Shown here in pieces: positions 1 to 6,219 of a DNA stretch of 29,372 nt (positions are counted from its first letter, which is position 1; each line of letters opens with the position of its first letter). The stretch comes from a virus (lineage: Duplodnaviria; Caudoviricetes), in the IMG/VR virus record IMGVR_UViG_3300025892_000098, positions 1 to 29,372 of that record. The stretch is one strand, 5' to 3'. Both the position numbers and the translations under genes were made by a program. The notes below the pieces were generated by a model. That model did not search any database. It was not told the origin of the DNA and saw only the letters and a list, made by a program, of their open reading frames with translations.

Positions 1-384
1 AAGCTGCTCAAGATGATTGATGCAAGCATCAAGGCCTGAGCGGCAAGCGTCAAGCTTCAAGCCACAAGCGACAAGCTCCTGTATTCTCTTTCCTCTGTAC
101 AAGTAAACTTCTTCTTTCTCAAAAAGTTTTGAGCCTCGAGACAAGAGGCGAGAAACTAGGATGAAAGTATTCTGTGGGTGCTTAATATGGAAGGCAATTT
201 GATGAGGTGAGAACTTAATCTTGTTACCTCTTGTTACCTTCAGCTCCAATGTAAAAAAGTGCCTATTAGTATTATAGCCCAATAGATCGGGAGTACCAAA
301 AGCACTAAGGTTTTCAAGTCTAGTCCAACTAATTTGCTTAGTATTTTTCTTAATTTCATGCCAAAATTTCGTTTCAGGTTTCAT
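1..384 (-). CDS. Holliday junction resolvase / VRR-NUC-like PD-(D/E)XK nuclease (3' end runs off the window; not in the ORF track)
   Basis: Manual translation from ATG at 384: MKPETKFWHEIKKNTKQISWTRLENLSAFGTPDLLGYNTNRHFFTLELKVTRGNKIKFSPHQIAFH..., open to position 1. E..F, GTPDL, LELK and SPHQ match the VRR-NUC/Hjc-type motif order. Confidence 0.8.
   Translation of the reverse strand, partial: MKPETKFWHEIKKNTKQISWTRLENLSAFGTPDLLGYNTNRHFFTLELKVTRGNKIKFSPHQIAFHIKHPQNTFILVSRLLSRGSKLFEKEEVYLYRGKRIQELVACGLKLDACRSGLDACINHLEQL
9..162 (+). repeat. Degenerate 7-bp-period C(A/G)AG-NNN array inside the resolvase CDS
   Basis: CAAGC at 23, 44, 51, 58, 65, 72; CAAG at 9, 30, 100, 142; CGAG at 149; CTAG at 156. 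All start at positions congruent to 2 mod 7. Confidence 0.8.
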
Positions 385-406
385 TAATATTCACCCTAAC
401 AGGTGC

Positions 407-637
407 CTATGTAAGTATGAATTTTTTCAGTTTTGGTATCTGATCTTTGAGGTCTGGTTTGATTACAACTCTAACAGAAGGCTTGCCTATTATAGTTGAT
501 TCCTGAACTTCAATTGTACCAATCGGGAAAATATTTCCACTGCCATTATCCATATAGATCGTAGCATTGCTTACGGCGTTGCCTTTAGTGCCATCTGTAA
601 ATTTGTCAAGATATTCTTGTAGGTGTCTTACATACAT
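407..637 (-). CDS. Hypothetical phage protein (76 aa)
   Basis: ORF track; start overlaps the upstream stop (TAATG); co-oriented with neighbours. Confidence 0.7.
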   Translation of the reverse strand: MYVRHLQEYLDKFTDGTKGNAVSNATIYMDNGSGNIFPIGTIEVQESTIIGKPSVRVVIKPDLKDQIPKLKKFILT

Positions 638-804
638 TATTTTTTTGGTTCCTTTCCCTTGCCTGGACCTGATTTAATTATGTACTTCAGTGTTCCATTT
701 GCTCCTGATTCAACAGCCTTAACCAGGTGTTTAAACAAAAAGTTTTCTTTTAACTTTCTCTTGGTCTTTTCTGCATATTCAGTCAATTTCTTTGTATCTC
801 TCAT
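637..804 (-). CDS. Hypothetical basic protein (55 aa); start revised to ATG at 804
   Basis: The ORF-track TTG start at 840 falls in the -35 box of a promoter. ATG at 804 gives MRDTKKLTEYAEK... Confidence 0.65.
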   Translation of the reverse strand: MRDTKKLTEYAEKTKRKLKENFLFKHLVKAVESGANGTLKYIIKSGPGKGKEPKK

Positions 805-807
805 GTA

Positions 808-840
808 TTGCCTTTTATAAAATGTTAGGGTAAAAGTCAA
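808..840. promoter_or_regulatory. Overlapping divergent sigma70-type promoters
   Basis: Plus strand: TTGCCT(808-813)-17 bp-TAAAAG(831-836). Minus strand: TTGACT(840-835)-17 bp-TAAAAG(817-812). Both lie in the 38-bp gap between divergent ATGs at 804 and 843. Confidence 0.55.
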
Positions 841-842
841 AC

Positions 843-1430
843 ATGGGATTACCTAAAAGATTGACAGAGAAACAGAAAAAATTCGCTGAGCTTATTGTGT
901 ACAACGACGGAAGCAGAGATGCTTGGGAGTGTGCAAAAGAAGCTGGCTACGGCCCAGGGTCTGACCTTGCAGCAAGAGTCGCCTCTTCAAAATTAACTAA
1001 CCCTCAATTGTACCCTCTTGTAGTTAAGTACATTGGTGAGCTGCGTGAAGAAGCCAGAAAGAAGTACGAAGTTACTATGGACAGGCACCTTGAGCAGCTT
1101 GCAAAAATACGTGACCAAGCGTTGAAGAAGGGAGCATATTCTGCAGCGGGTAATATGGAAGTAGCTAGAGGGAAGGTTGCCGGATATTACATTGACAGAA
1201 AAATGATTAAGACTGGTAAGATTGATGATCTTGATAGAGATCAGTTAATGTCTAAATTAGAAAAAATGGTGGAAGACCATTCAAAAATAATTGAAGGTCA
1301 CTCTACAGAAGAACAACCGCAAATAGAGCTATCATCAGAGCCGGAAGATGAAATAGAAACCATAGAAGAAATAGAGCAAGAGACACTTGAAGAACCCATT
1401 CCAGAAGAGCCAGAACCTTCATTACAATAA
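843..1430 (+). CDS. terS: Terminase small subunit
   Basis: N-terminal LTEKQKKFA...A.EAGY...ASSKLTNP HTH pattern typical of phage TerS, followed by a helical oligomerisation region and an acidic C-terminal tail. Confidence 0.75.
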   Translation: MGLPKRLTEKQKKFAELIVYNDGSRDAWECAKEAGYGPGSDLAARVASSKLTNPQLYPLVVKYIGELREEARKKYEVTMDRHLEQLAKIRDQALKKGAYSAAGNMEVARGKVAGYYIDRKMIKTGKIDDLDRDQLMSKLEKMVEDHSKIIEGHSTEEQPQIELSSEPEDEIETIEEIEQETLEEPIPEEPEPSLQ

Positions 1431-1703
1431 TATTTTTTCCATCTTAACAATACAACCTTTAGGAAATACATTTCGGTCAGAGAATAAACCATCGGCCTCA
1501 TCATAACTGGCAAACGTTCTTATACACTTGTTATCTCTTTCATATAGGTAAGCATTAGTTACCATTACTGAAGGCATCATACCACTAAACTCATGGGCCG
1601 TAGCATGCCCGCTATCACCTAAAATATCAACCCATGTTATTTTGTAGAAGTAATATTTCTTCTTTTTAAGCATTACATGTCTGTATTTTGATTTTTTATT
1701 CAT
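1422..1703 (-). CDS. Conserved-looking hypothetical phage protein (93 aa; YKITWVDI...NVFPKGCIVKME)
   Basis: ORF track; GAAAGGA RBS upstream; convergent with terS with a 9-bp overlap. Confidence 0.75.
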   Translation of the reverse strand: MNKKSKYRHVMLKKKKYYFYKITWVDILGDSGHATAHEFSGMMPSVMVTNAYLYERDNKCIRTFASYDEADGLFSDRNVFPKGCIVKMEKILL

Positions 1704-1714
1704 AGCTGATTCCT

Positions 1715-1988
1715 TTCCACTCTATAAGATATAAATATATATAAATATAAAAATTCTGAAAATATTTCTGAAACGCTGTGGAAAATGTGGAAATCATAAA
1801 AACAACCCTTAAGTACTTGAAATCATTGGATAAAAGTTCCACAAAATCTTCCACATTTCGTCGAAAAAAAATGTGGAAAATGTGGAAAATGGCACATTCT
1901 GACGCAGATTTTGGCCTAAAGTTTAGAATCATTCTAAAGTAAAACCCTTTTTCCACAAAATTTTCGTGGTTTCCACAAAAGTTCCACA
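1715..1988. repeat. Iteron-like TGTGGAA/TTCCACA array with AT-rich tract; putative replication origin
   Basis: TGTGGAA at 1777, 1786, 1872, 1881; TTCCACA at 1837, 1849, 1951, 1971, 1982; partial copy at 1715; AT-rich run at ~1723-1770. This is the largest non-coding gap in the window. Confidence 0.7.
1922..1938. promoter_or_regulatory. Perfect palindrome matching the Irr iron control element (ICE)
   Basis: TTTAGAAT-C-ATTCTAAA has 8-bp inverted arms and matches the ICE consensus TTTRGAAYNRTTCYAAA at every position. Confidence 0.6.
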
Positions 1989-1996
1989 AATTAATT

Positions 1997-2710
1997 TTAC
2001 TCATTTTTCCCCGTTTCTCGACTCTCGCCTCTAGCTGCTCGAACCTTGTAATAAGCATCAACTCGGGCCAGCCACTCGTGACTAAGTGCTCGAAACTCGG
2101 AGCCATTGATTATGAATCGTTGAAAAAAATTATCAGGAGTACACATCAATATAACTCCTTGCTCGATCTCAGAGCCGTGCACGTAGTTGTGAGCCATCGC
2201 ATAGGCCACCATCTGCAACTTATAATCAGTTATCCACTCGATACGTTTAGGTTTATTAGATTGCTTAAAGTCTATTATACTATCACGCCCCATATAAACC
2301 CCAACTAGATCAGTTGCACCGGCATATAGTCCAGGATAACTTACTACCACCTCAGAGCCCCATATTTCCTCTAAATCAGGTAAACCCTTATCGATGATCG
2401 TTTTAGCCATCGAATGAGCTTGTACGCCCGCCTCAGTCATGTCTAGCACCTCTTTTTCAAGTATATAACCCTCTAAAATGCTATGCATGATAGTTCCTCT
2501 ATTAGCTGCAGTATTCTTAATTCTATCCGCTTCAACTTCTCCAACCTTAGCTTTCCATTTAGCCAAAGATTCTAACTTATCTTGAGGCTGAGTTGCTGAT
2601 AATATAGTTGTAACACTCGGTAACTTTTCTTGAGATACGTCATAGACTCTTTCATTATTTAACAGAGCCCTAGTTGATGTTGGGTAGATAAATTTTTTAT
2701 TCCACTTCAT
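1997..2710 (-). CDS. PD-(D/E)XK exonuclease (Cas4/RecB-like phage exonuclease); start revised to ATG at 2710
   Basis: Motifs LPSVTTIL, RGTIMH..LE, YAGATD, IIDFK, LQMVAYA; AGAAAGG RBS precedes MKWNKKF. Confidence 0.85.
   Translation of the reverse strand: MKWNKKFIYPTSTRALLNNERVYDVSQEKLPSVTTILSATQPQDKLESLAKWKAKVGEVEADRIKNTAANRGTIMHSILEGYILEKEVLDMTEAGVQAHSMAKTIIDKGLPDLEEIWGSEVVVSYPGLYAGATDLVGVYMGRDSIIDFKQSNKPKRIEWITDYKLQMVAYAMAHNYVHGSEIEQGVILMCTPDNFFQRFIINGSEFRALSHEWLARVDAYYKVRAARGESRETGKNE
2010..2099 (-). repeat. 7-bp-period C(A/G/T)AG-NNN array in the 3' end of the exonuclease CDS
   Basis: Plus-strand CCCG 2010, CTCG 2017, CTCG 2024, CTAG 2031, CTCG 2038, CTTG 2045. Second run: CTCG 2075, CTAA 2082, CTCG 2089, CTCG 2096. 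Confidence 0.7.
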
Positions 2711-2900
2711 TAGCATTACCTTTCTTATTATAATATAAAACCATTCTTTTAGATTTCTCAAACTTTTCTAATCTTCTTTTCATTTTTTGGTTCTCTTCAT
2801 ATAGTTCATTGTAGCGTACCGTAAGTCTTTTAATTCTTGGCTCATATAAATTTCTATAATGCAGGCTCCAATTCTTACCTATCTCAGCTTGTTTTGACAT
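2697..2900 (-). CDS. Hypothetical coiled-coil protein (67 aa)
   Basis: ORF track; heptad-like EENQKMKRRLEKFE; tightly packed operon. Confidence 0.65.
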   Translation of the reverse strand: MSKQAEIGKNWSLHYRNLYEPRIKRLTVRYNELYEENQKMKRRLEKFEKSKRMVLYYNKKGNANEVE

Positions 2901-2905
2901 GGCGC

Positions 2906-3235
2906 TTATTTTAAATCCTCATTCTCCAAGATATTAATTCTAACCCATTCCTCACCATATTTTTTAAGGAATCTTTTTGCCATAGAACGTTTAGCTTTGT
3001 CTGACATAACTTTTAAATCAGATATTGGGACCGACTCACCACCTTTTGCAAGCATATCAAAGTCAGGTACAAATCTTCTTTTGTAGTCTGCAATCGTTGC
3101 TTCTAAGGAATCAATATACTCATTCAGTTCTATAACTTCTTCTTCATGAGCTTTGATTTGTTTTAGTAACTTAACATTTCTTTTGTTTAACTTCTCAACT
3201 GTTTCAGTCAGTGTTATATTATCTTTTAGTTTCAT
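2906..3235 (-). CDS. Hypothetical coiled-coil protein (109 aa)
   Basis: ORF track; TAATG coupling; long N-terminal heptad helix. Confidence 0.7.
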   Translation of the reverse strand: MKLKDNITLTETVEKLNKRNVKLLKQIKAHEEEVIELNEYIDSLEATIADYKRRFVPDFDMLAKGGESVPISDLKVMSDKAKRSMAKRFLKKYGEEWVRINILENEDLK

Positions 3236-3813
3236 TAGTTTAAAGTCCTATTGTTGATTTGTTTTCTTTCTTGAAAAGCTTCGTAGTGATCGTGGCTTGT
3301 GTGATCTCCAAAATAATGAGTATTACGTTCAATAGATCTTTGAGCATATTCAGTGTTAAAAAGATAATTACCTAATTTTCTATTATAATCACAACCGCTA
3401 TGTCTTAATTGAACATAACTAGGATGAGATCCTTGTTTTATAAAACCACATTTTTCTAGCAATCTAAATGCATTATCAAATTTATTTTTAGGTATTGTTA
3501 AATAATCTGAGTCTAACATAAATACTTTTGGATATTTATTTTTTAAAAGCATTTCGTTTTTAAATCTCTTATAATTTACTTCCCAACCCCTCTTAGTACA
3601 CATATCTTTATACAATAAACCAATAAAAATTGTCATGGCGTCATATTTTAAATCATCCTCACAGTCTTCCCATAATTTTTTAAAAGGCTCAATTTTCCAT
3701 TTACTACTTAAAGTAGCCAACCCACTGAAAAAAAAGTTTAAATTTTGTAATTGTATTATTTTAACTTCTTTCCCTTTGTAAAAAGCTTTTATTGTTAGTC
3801 CGTTTTTAATCAT
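3235..3813 (-). CDS. Hypothetical protein (192 aa)
   Basis: ORF track; GGAGG RBS and TAATG coupling; no recognised motif. Confidence 0.7.
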   Translation of the reverse strand: MIKNGLTIKAFYKGKEVKIIQLQNLNFFFSGLATLSSKWKIEPFKKLWEDCEDDLKYDAMTIFIGLLYKDMCTKRGWEVNYKRFKNEMLLKNKYPKVFMLDSDYLTIPKNKFDNAFRLLEKCGFIKQGSHPSYVQLRHSGCDYNRKLGNYLFNTEYAQRSIERNTHYFGDHTSHDHYEAFQERKQINNRTLN

Positions 3814-4538
3814 TATTTTTCCTCCTTTAAATTAAATTTTTGATGTTCAGGTAAAGAATTTATTACTTCCTCATTGGTTGGAATATTAAATTTATCTTCT
3901 TTTTCTTTTTCTAATGCTCTCCCAAATGATTCTGCGAGCCACTCTGTTGCTTTCTCCCCTGTAAAATGTCGTTCAAACCATCCGTCTACCGGTTCAGGAA
4001 AACTGGTAGCATCATGATAATCAAAAATTGGGTAACATATATCATCAGATAACCATATTTTTTTAACATCATATCTTGTTATACTTTCTAAATAAGTATT
4101 TTTCTTTATAGGAACAGGATATAAAACCCCCTTACAATTTAAATTCATGAAATTTTTTATTTCATCTCTATCTTCCCATGTTCTAACTCCAAATAACACC
4201 AGTATTAATATTTGTTTATTAGAGTTTTGCCACCAATAATCTCTCATTCTTTTAAACTTGCTTTGATCAAAATCATAACCCCATTTATAACAAAGACTTC
4301 TATCTTTACTTGTTCTTTTTATCTCAAGTAAATAATGATCATTGTAAGCATCAAAAGGATGGTATTGGCTATTAAAAGGTGTAAAAGGATGTTTTTCAAA
4401 ATATTCTCTATTATTTGATAACATTAGTCCTGTGTTTAAATTATTAACAGCAGCTAATTCTATTTGTTTTTCTGTATAAAAATTAAAATTTGTACCAGAC
4501 AAATCATAATAATCTTGATGTTGAACCACTCTACTCAT
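3813..4538 (-). CDS. Hypothetical protein, possible PD-(D/E)XK endonuclease (241 aa)
   Basis: E...A helix, then PFDAYNDHYLLEIKR fits a D-x(n)-E-x-K catalytic core; AGGAG RBS. Confidence 0.55.
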   Translation of the reverse strand: MSRVVQHQDYYDLSGTNFNFYTEKQIELAAVNNLNTGLMLSNNREYFEKHPFTPFNSQYHPFDAYNDHYLLEIKRTSKDRSLCYKWGYDFDQSKFKRMRDYWWQNSNKQILILVLFGVRTWEDRDEIKNFMNLNCKGVLYPVPIKKNTYLESITRYDVKKIWLSDDICYPIFDYHDATSFPEPVDGWFERHFTGEKATEWLAESFGRALEKEKEDKFNIPTNEEVINSLPEHQKFNLKEEK

Positions 4539-4603
4539 TTCTTTCTCCTTTTTGATCTAAACCCGTATTTCTTGTTCCATCTTTTATTACTTATCGTTTT
4601 CAT
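4535..4603 (-). CDS. Small basic peptide MKTISNKRWNKKYGFRSKRRKK (22 aa; not in the ORF track)
   Basis: GAGGAG RBS upstream; its TGA stop overlaps the next ATG (ATGA); fills the gap exactly. Confidence 0.5.
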   Translation of the reverse strand: MKTISNKRWNKKYGFRSKRRKK

Positions 4604-4766
4604 GTTTTTTATACTCCTCTATTAATTTCTCTGATGGATGCCACACGTCAACCGCTGAATGACAATTAGGACACGATAAATTACTGACAATATCATAGTC
4701 CTCATTATCTTCTGTATCATGGTCGCCACCCCATATTAATTCTGTTTTACAATGCCAACAGTTCAA
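4587..4766 (-). CDS. Zinc-ribbon protein MNCWHCKTELIWGGDHD...LSCPNCHS (59 aa, TTG start; not in the ORF track)
   Basis: Two CxxC pairs; AAGGAG RBS; TTG start overlaps the upstream TGA. Confidence 0.75.
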   Translation of the reverse strand: MNCWHCKTELIWGGDHDTEDNEDYDIVSNLSCPNCHSAVDVWHPSEKLIEEYKKHENDK

Positions 4767-5191
4767 AGGTCTAACTCCTTTGCTACTCTGTATTCTGTTA
4801 GATCAACTATATTACTATCTGAGTAATGATCTATTACTTCTTGTATCTTAGGTAGTTTTGTATGAGCAAAAGGCCAAAGCATACAACACACACGATAAGC
4901 ATCACGAAACGTACAACGCCATCTATATTGGTTAAGATAGGGCGTACCATCAACTCTATTTCCTTTTACTTTCTTAGGTGTGAGTGTACCTACACCCAAT
5001 ACTTCATGGACCCAAACTAAAACAGATTTATCTGTCATCGTAATCTCCATACTAATACGCATAGAATTAGATAATCTATATCCAGGTTTACCTTTGTGTT
5101 TTTTCTTTTTTTCAATACCACGTCTTATGTGTATTGAACCTTCACCATCAAAGAGTCCTGCAATGTATGCGCAATCAATTTCCGATATCAT
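4763..5191 (-). CDS. Single-motif LAGLIDADG endonuclease-like protein, free-standing
   Basis: YIAGLFDGEGSI motif near the N-terminus, followed by the I.MTD..VL.W and YRW elements of the fold. Confidence 0.85.
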   Translation of the reverse strand: MISEIDCAYIAGLFDGEGSIHIRRGIEKKKKHKGKPGYRLSNSMRISMEITMTDKSVLVWVHEVLGVGTLTPKKVKGNRVDGTPYLNQYRWRCTFRDAYRVCCMLWPFAHTKLPKIQEVIDHYSDSNIVDLTEYRVAKELDL

Positions 5192-5457
5192 TGTAAAGAA
5201 TTCTTTTTAAACTCTTGAACATTTAAATAGTTTTCAAGTTCTGCAATTTTAGAAGATTGTTGTTTTACTTTCGCTTGCAACACCCCTCTATGTATTTGAA
5301 GTTCTTGAATTACTTTCTGCAGCTCCTCGACACTCGTTTCTCGGACAGGTATCTCGCCTTGAGACTCACAGTAACTACATTGATAAAATGTCTCGCCAGA
5401 TAATACATATCCATTACCGTTACAAACGGGGCAGATTTCTTTATCTAAGTTTGCCAT
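5188..5457 (-). CDS. DnaJ-type zinc-finger plus coiled-coil protein (89 aa)
   Basis: CPVCNGNG and CSYCESQG (CxxCxGxG-like repeats) followed by a heptad helix; no J-domain. Confidence 0.75.
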   Translation of the reverse strand: MANLDKEICPVCNGNGYVLSGETFYQCSYCESQGEIPVRETSVEELQKVIQELQIHRGVLQAKVKQQSSKIAELENYLNVQEFKKNSLQ

Positions 5458-5611
5458 TTAACTTCTCCACTTTCTCTTCGACTAATACTCTTACGACTTG
5501 TGCCCTAGACAATTTGGCATGCTTAGGTGCGAGATGTTTTGATAGTTTTGTTAATTTATTATAGCAGTCATGATCGATTGCTATACTTTTGTATTTGCTT
5601 ATATCTGTCAT
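5441..5611 (-). CDS. Putative ribbon-helix-helix DNA-binding protein (56 aa; not in the ORF track)
   Basis: MTDISKYKSIAIDHDCYNKLTKLSKHLAPKHAKLSRAQVVRVLVEEKVEKLNGKLR: beta-strand KSIAI, helix, then SRAQVVR helix is the RHH pattern. GAAAGGA RBS; first gene behind a promoter. Confidence 0.7.
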   Translation of the reverse strand: MTDISKYKSIAIDHDCYNKLTKLSKHLAPKHAKLSRAQVVRVLVEEKVEKLNGKLR

Positions 5612-5644
5612 TTGTTATATCCTTTCAAAGTTATTTCTGACATA

Positions 5645-5678
5645 TAGGATTATATATTAAAATTACAACAGGAGTCAA
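5645..5678 (-). promoter_or_regulatory. Sigma70-type promoter for the leftward RHH operon with overlapping ATCCTA box
   Basis: TTGACT (5678-5673)-18 bp-TATAAT (5654-5649), running into ATCCTA on the minus strand. Confidence 0.6.
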
Positions 5679-5953
5679 TGACTAAATTTATAATTGTACT
5701 ACATTTATGTTCCATGGTTACAGGGCAATGTCCCTCTAGTCATTTTTCAGTGAAGAATGAATTTAAAACCCATTATGATTGTGCATTAAATGGATATGGA
5801 GTTGCTCAAAAAACTTTTATGGAATTAAAAAAACTTGAAAATGTTGATGCAAACCATATTGAAAAGAATAAACTTGTTATCAAATTTGAATGTAGAGAGA
5901 TAAGACTTCCAGATATTATTGTTCCACCAAGAAAACCTAAACTACCTGTTTAA
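5678..5953 (+). CDS. Hypothetical Cys-containing protein with hydrophobic N-terminus (91 aa)
   Basis: AGGAG RBS; MTKFIIVLHLC start; four Cys. Confidence 0.7.
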   Translation: MTKFIIVLHLCSMVTGQCPSSHFSVKNEFKTHYDCALNGYGVAQKTFMELKKLENVDANHIEKNKLVIKFECREIRLPDIIVPPRKPKLPV

Positions 5954-5997
5954 GTAGCTTATACCATTTTTCTTTATACTTAAGTTTTTTAGTTTTA

Positions 5998-6219
5998 TTA
6001 TATAGAACTGCTAGTTCGCTTAGTTTTTTCGTCAGCTCCTCTAAATTCATATATTTTTGTACCTTTCTGTATTATAGATTTAACTCCATGACCCGATAGG
6101 TCAATATCAACTCCATAACTCTTCCACGCTTTCTTTAGTATATTAAGTTCAAGAATAAGTACGCCCCATTGTTTTTGAGTCGCTCCTGTTGCTTTTAATA
6201 TTATTTTCTTCTCACTCAT
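5998..6219 (-). CDS. Hypothetical protein (73 aa, GTG start)
   Basis: ORF track; AGGAG RBS region; overlaps the upstream stop. Confidence 0.6.
   Translation of the reverse strand: MSEKKIILKATGATQKQWGVLILELNILKKAWKSYGVDIDLSGHGVKSIIQKGTKIYEFRGADEKTKRTSSSI

Noticed and set aside
393-401. ACCCTAACA also present inverted at 823-831
   Set aside because: Here it overlaps the likely RBS (AGGGTG) of the resolvase gene; a single 9-bp match is too weak to call on its own.
1777-1988. TTCCACA repeats as DnaA boxes or a CRISPR array
   Set aside because: They resemble TTATCCACA but consistently lack the internal A; the units are 7 bp with irregular spacing and both orientations, unlike CRISPR, and no cas operon is present.
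1696-2106. 136-aa minus-strand ORF from the track
   Set aside because: It runs through the iteron array and AT tract, its sequence (IFHIFHIFF, YIYIYLYL) is a translation of DNA repeats, and it overlaps the exonuclease out of frame.
1997-2710. Exonuclease as CRISPR Cas4
   Set aside because: No four-Cys Fe-S cluster pattern and no CRISPR context; an ordinary phage PD-(D/E)XK exonuclease.
5188-5457. DnaJ chaperone
   Set aside because: Only the zinc-finger-like repeats are present; no J-domain or HPD motif.
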